A stretch of DNA of 32,000 nucleotides, from positions 330,001 to 362,000 of the forward strand of contig CALSTM010000003.1 of assembly GCA_943789275.1 (NCBI GenBank). Direction: 5' to 3'. A program made the position numbers and the translations under genes. Below are positions 30,189-32,000 of this stretch, piece after piece. Numbering within the stretch: position 1 is the stretch's first letter; the number at the start of each line of letters is the position of its first letter. A model generated the notes under the pieces. It worked only from the letters and a program-made list of their open reading frames with translations. It was not told where the DNA came from and did not search any database. The DNA is from Candidatus Poseidoniaceae archaeon (GTDB taxonomy: Archaea > Thermoplasmatota > Poseidoniia > Poseidoniales > Poseidoniaceae).

Positions 30189-32000
30189 ATGGACAATGAA
30201 TACAGCCCCGTTGATGAAGTCTCTTGGCAGCAAAAATGGGATGAAGCTCGTATTTTTGAATGTGAAATCCGAGAAGAAAGGCCTAAATTTTACTGCCTTG
30301 AAATGTATCCTTACCCTTCCGGAAAAATGCACATGGGCCACGTTCGAAACTACTCGATCGGTGACGCTATTGCACGTTACAAGCGAATGATGGGCTTTGA
30401 TGTTCTTTATCCAATTGGTTTCGATTCGTTCGGAATGCCTGCTGAAAATGCAGCAATAGATGAAGGTGGCCATCCGTACAACATCACTGAACGGAACATG
30501 GCATCGATTACTCAACAAATCAAACGCATGGGTTTTTCATACGATTGGAAACGTCAACTCAAGAGCCATGACCCGCGCTATTACAAGTGGAATCAATACT
30601 TTTTCACCAAGTTTTTCGAACAAGGTCTCGCCTATCAAGAACACGCTCCGGTCAATTGGTGTCACCAATGTGAAACAGTTCTAGCCAACGAACAGGTCAA
30701 GGCTGGAAGATGCTGGCGATGCAATGGGCCTGTTGTTCAAAAAGAAATGAAACAATGGTTCCTCAACATTAACCAGTATGCGCAAGAGCTCGTTGATGGA
30801 CTGGATTCTATTGCGTTCCCAGAGAACGTCAAATCACTGCAAAGAGACTGGCTTGGACGCTCAGAAGGCGCACAAATCACATTTGAAGTTGAGGGCAAGG
30901 GCATGAACATCGACGTGTTCACGACCCGTCCCGATACCCTGTTTGGTGTCACGTTTGTGACCCTTGCTCCGGAACATCCGATGGCCGAACAATTGGTCAA
31001 AGGAACGGAATATGAATCGGCATGGCAAGACCTCTACGATGAAGTCTCGGTGATGGCTGAATTTGATCGAATTCGCGACATGAAAAAGAAGAAGGGTGTG
31101 CCTTCGGGGTGCTTTGCCCTTCATCCATTAACCGGCCAGAGGCTCCCAATTTGGATTGGAAACTTTGTCATCGCCTCCTACGGAACTGGAGCAGTCATGG
31201 CAGTTCCAGGTCATGATGAGCGAGACTTTGATTTTGCGAAAGCATTCGATATACCGATTCGACGCGTCCTTGTCATGGAGGAAGGGGGCGATGCTGATGC
31301 ACCATTGAAATCTGCAGATACTGCCCACGGTTGGATGGTCAACTCTCCTCTCGAAGGTTTTGATGGATTGTACGGTGAAGAGGCCATGAAAGCCATTACC
31401 GACGCGCTTGAATCCAAAGGCTCAGGTAAGCAGACCATCAATTGGAAAATCCGCCCTTGGCTCATTTCACGACAACGGTACTGGGGAACTCCAATACCTA
31501 TGATTCACTGTGGAGATTGCGGTGTTGTTGCGGTTCCTGAACACGACTTACCGGTAGAATTGCCCACTGATGTAGCCTTTGGCCAAGGAAACCCTCTTGA
31601 AACATCTGAGGAATTCTTGAATGTTGACTGTCCAAAGTGCGGTAAACCAGCGCGTCGCGAAACCGATACAATGGACACCTTTGTTGATTCTTCATGGTAT
31701 TTCCTACGATTTACTGATGCTTTGAACGATGACAAGTGTTTCGATGCGGACGCAGCGAACCACTTCATGAATGTCGATTTCTATTGCGGTGGAATTGAGC
31801 ACGCTCAAATGCATTTGATTTATGCACGATTTTACACCAAGGCACTGCGGGATTTAGGCTTGCATTCCGTTGATGAGCCGTTCAATAAGTTGCTGTGCCA
31901 AGGGATGGTTAATTCACCAGCGCCATGGTGCGACTCCTGTCAACTCACACTTTCAGTGGCCCATTCTGGCTCTCCTTGTCCTCACTGTGGAGATGAACTT
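30189..32000 (+). CDS. leuS: Leucyl-tRNA synthetase, bacterial type, 5' 604 codons (3' end beyond the window)
   Basis: Open frame from ATG 30189 to the window end, not in the ORF track because no stop is reached. My translation: MDNEYSPVDEVSWQQKWDEARIF...CLEMYPYPSGKMHMGHVRNYSIGDAIARYKRMMGFDVLYPIGFDSFGMPAENAAI, NWCHQCETVLANEQV..GRCWRC, RDWLGRSEG, VFTTRPDTLFG, ISRQRYWGTPIP, RETDTMDTFVDSSWYF, GGIEHAQMHLIYARF. It is closely collinear with E. coli LeuRS. Confidence 0.95.
   Translation, partial: MDNEYSPVDEVSWQQKWDEARIFECEIREERPKFYCLEMYPYPSGKMHMGHVRNYSIGDAIARYKRMMGFDVLYPIGFDSFGMPAENAAIDEGGHPYNITERNMASITQQIKRMGFSYDWKRQLKSHDPRYYKWNQYFFTKFFEQGLAYQEHAPVNWCHQCETVLANEQVKAGRCWRCNGPVVQKEMKQWFLNINQYAQELVDGLDSIAFPENVKSLQRDWLGRSEGAQITFEVEGKGMNIDVFTTRPDTLFGVTFVTLAPEHPMAEQLVKGTEYESAWQDLYDEVSVMAEFDRIRDMKKKKGVPSGCFALHPLTGQRLPIWIGNFVIASYGTGAVMAVPGHDERDFDFAKAFDIPIRRVLVMEEGGDADAPLKSADTAHGWMVNSPLEGFDGLYGEEAMKAITDALESKGSGKQTINWKIRPWLISRQRYWGTPIPMIHCGDCGVVAVPEHDLPVELPTDVAFGQGNPLETSEEFLNVDCPKCGKPARRETDTMDTFVDSSWYFLRFTDALNDDKCFDADAANHFMNVDFYCGGIEHAQMHLIYARFYTKALRDLGLHSVDEPFNKLLCQGMVNSPAPWCDSCQLTLSVAHSGSPCPHCGDEL

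Noticed and set aside
30189-30196. Apparent 8-nt head-to-head overlap of the GHMP kinase and leuS starts, and a similar 17-nt overlap at 23036-23052
   Set aside because: The extended starts are TTG/GTG or upstream ATG extensions chosen by longest-ORF logic. Internal ATGs (30097, 22956, 23057) give N-termini matching family norms and restore normal divergent intergenic regions.

Overview
The window is gene-dense (over 90% coding). I recognise no rRNA, tRNA, CRISPR array, transposase or integrase. The ORF track omits two edge-truncated genes: a PP-loop protein on the minus strand (1002 to 1) and the 5' 604 codons of a bacterial-type leucyl-tRNA synthetase (30189 to 32000, +). LEFT ~20 kb is a surface-glycan biosynthesis and export island. 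It holds a UDP-GlcNAc 2-epimerase, a ~1,790-codon three-module glycosyltransferase, a heparinase II/III-like protein, a Wzm/Wzt-type ABC-2 exporter and a nucleotide-sugar 6-dehydrogenase. It also holds an SGNH-like plus MBOAT O-acylation pair, and further right a MOP/Wzx-type flippase and a GT4. A ThrC-like PLP enzyme and a BolA/Grx4 pair sit between these. RIGHT ~12 kb holds rpe, trxA, an N-terminal wHTH fused to an NB-ARC-like STAND NTPase, and a ~1,160-aa secreted protein (7-blade beta-propeller plus two interleaved Ca-binding repeat types, C-terminal TM anchor). It also holds an ~870-aa protein with a signal peptide, 4-5 Cys-pair beta-sandwich-like ectodomains, a TM segment and two C-terminal wHTH domains, then a GHMP sugar kinase and leuS. 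Three points stand out. (1) At least 8 single-nucleotide frame disruptions occur, 7 of them within 2.3 kb (10.5-12.8 kb) in the ABC ATPase, the permease and the dehydrogenase. One is a compensated pair hidden inside an intact-looking ORF. Most sit in short homopolymers, so sequencing or assembly error in a low-coverage island is my leading explanation, with recent gene decay as the alternative. (2) A ~35% GC block (about 6.65-10.24 kb) lies in a ~48-52% GC background, and both edges fall inside genes. (3) The three-gene neighbourhood of STAND-wHTH, giant surface protein and membrane-tethered double-wHTH protein is the best candidate here for an undescribed sensing system. Lineage cannot be established without a search. 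The C-terminally anchored thrombospondin-type-3-like surface protein and the wHTH architectures remind me of marine planktonic Euryarchaeota (Marine Group II-like). LeuRS, BolA and Grx4 are of bacterial type. Shine-Dalgarno motifs precede many genes.
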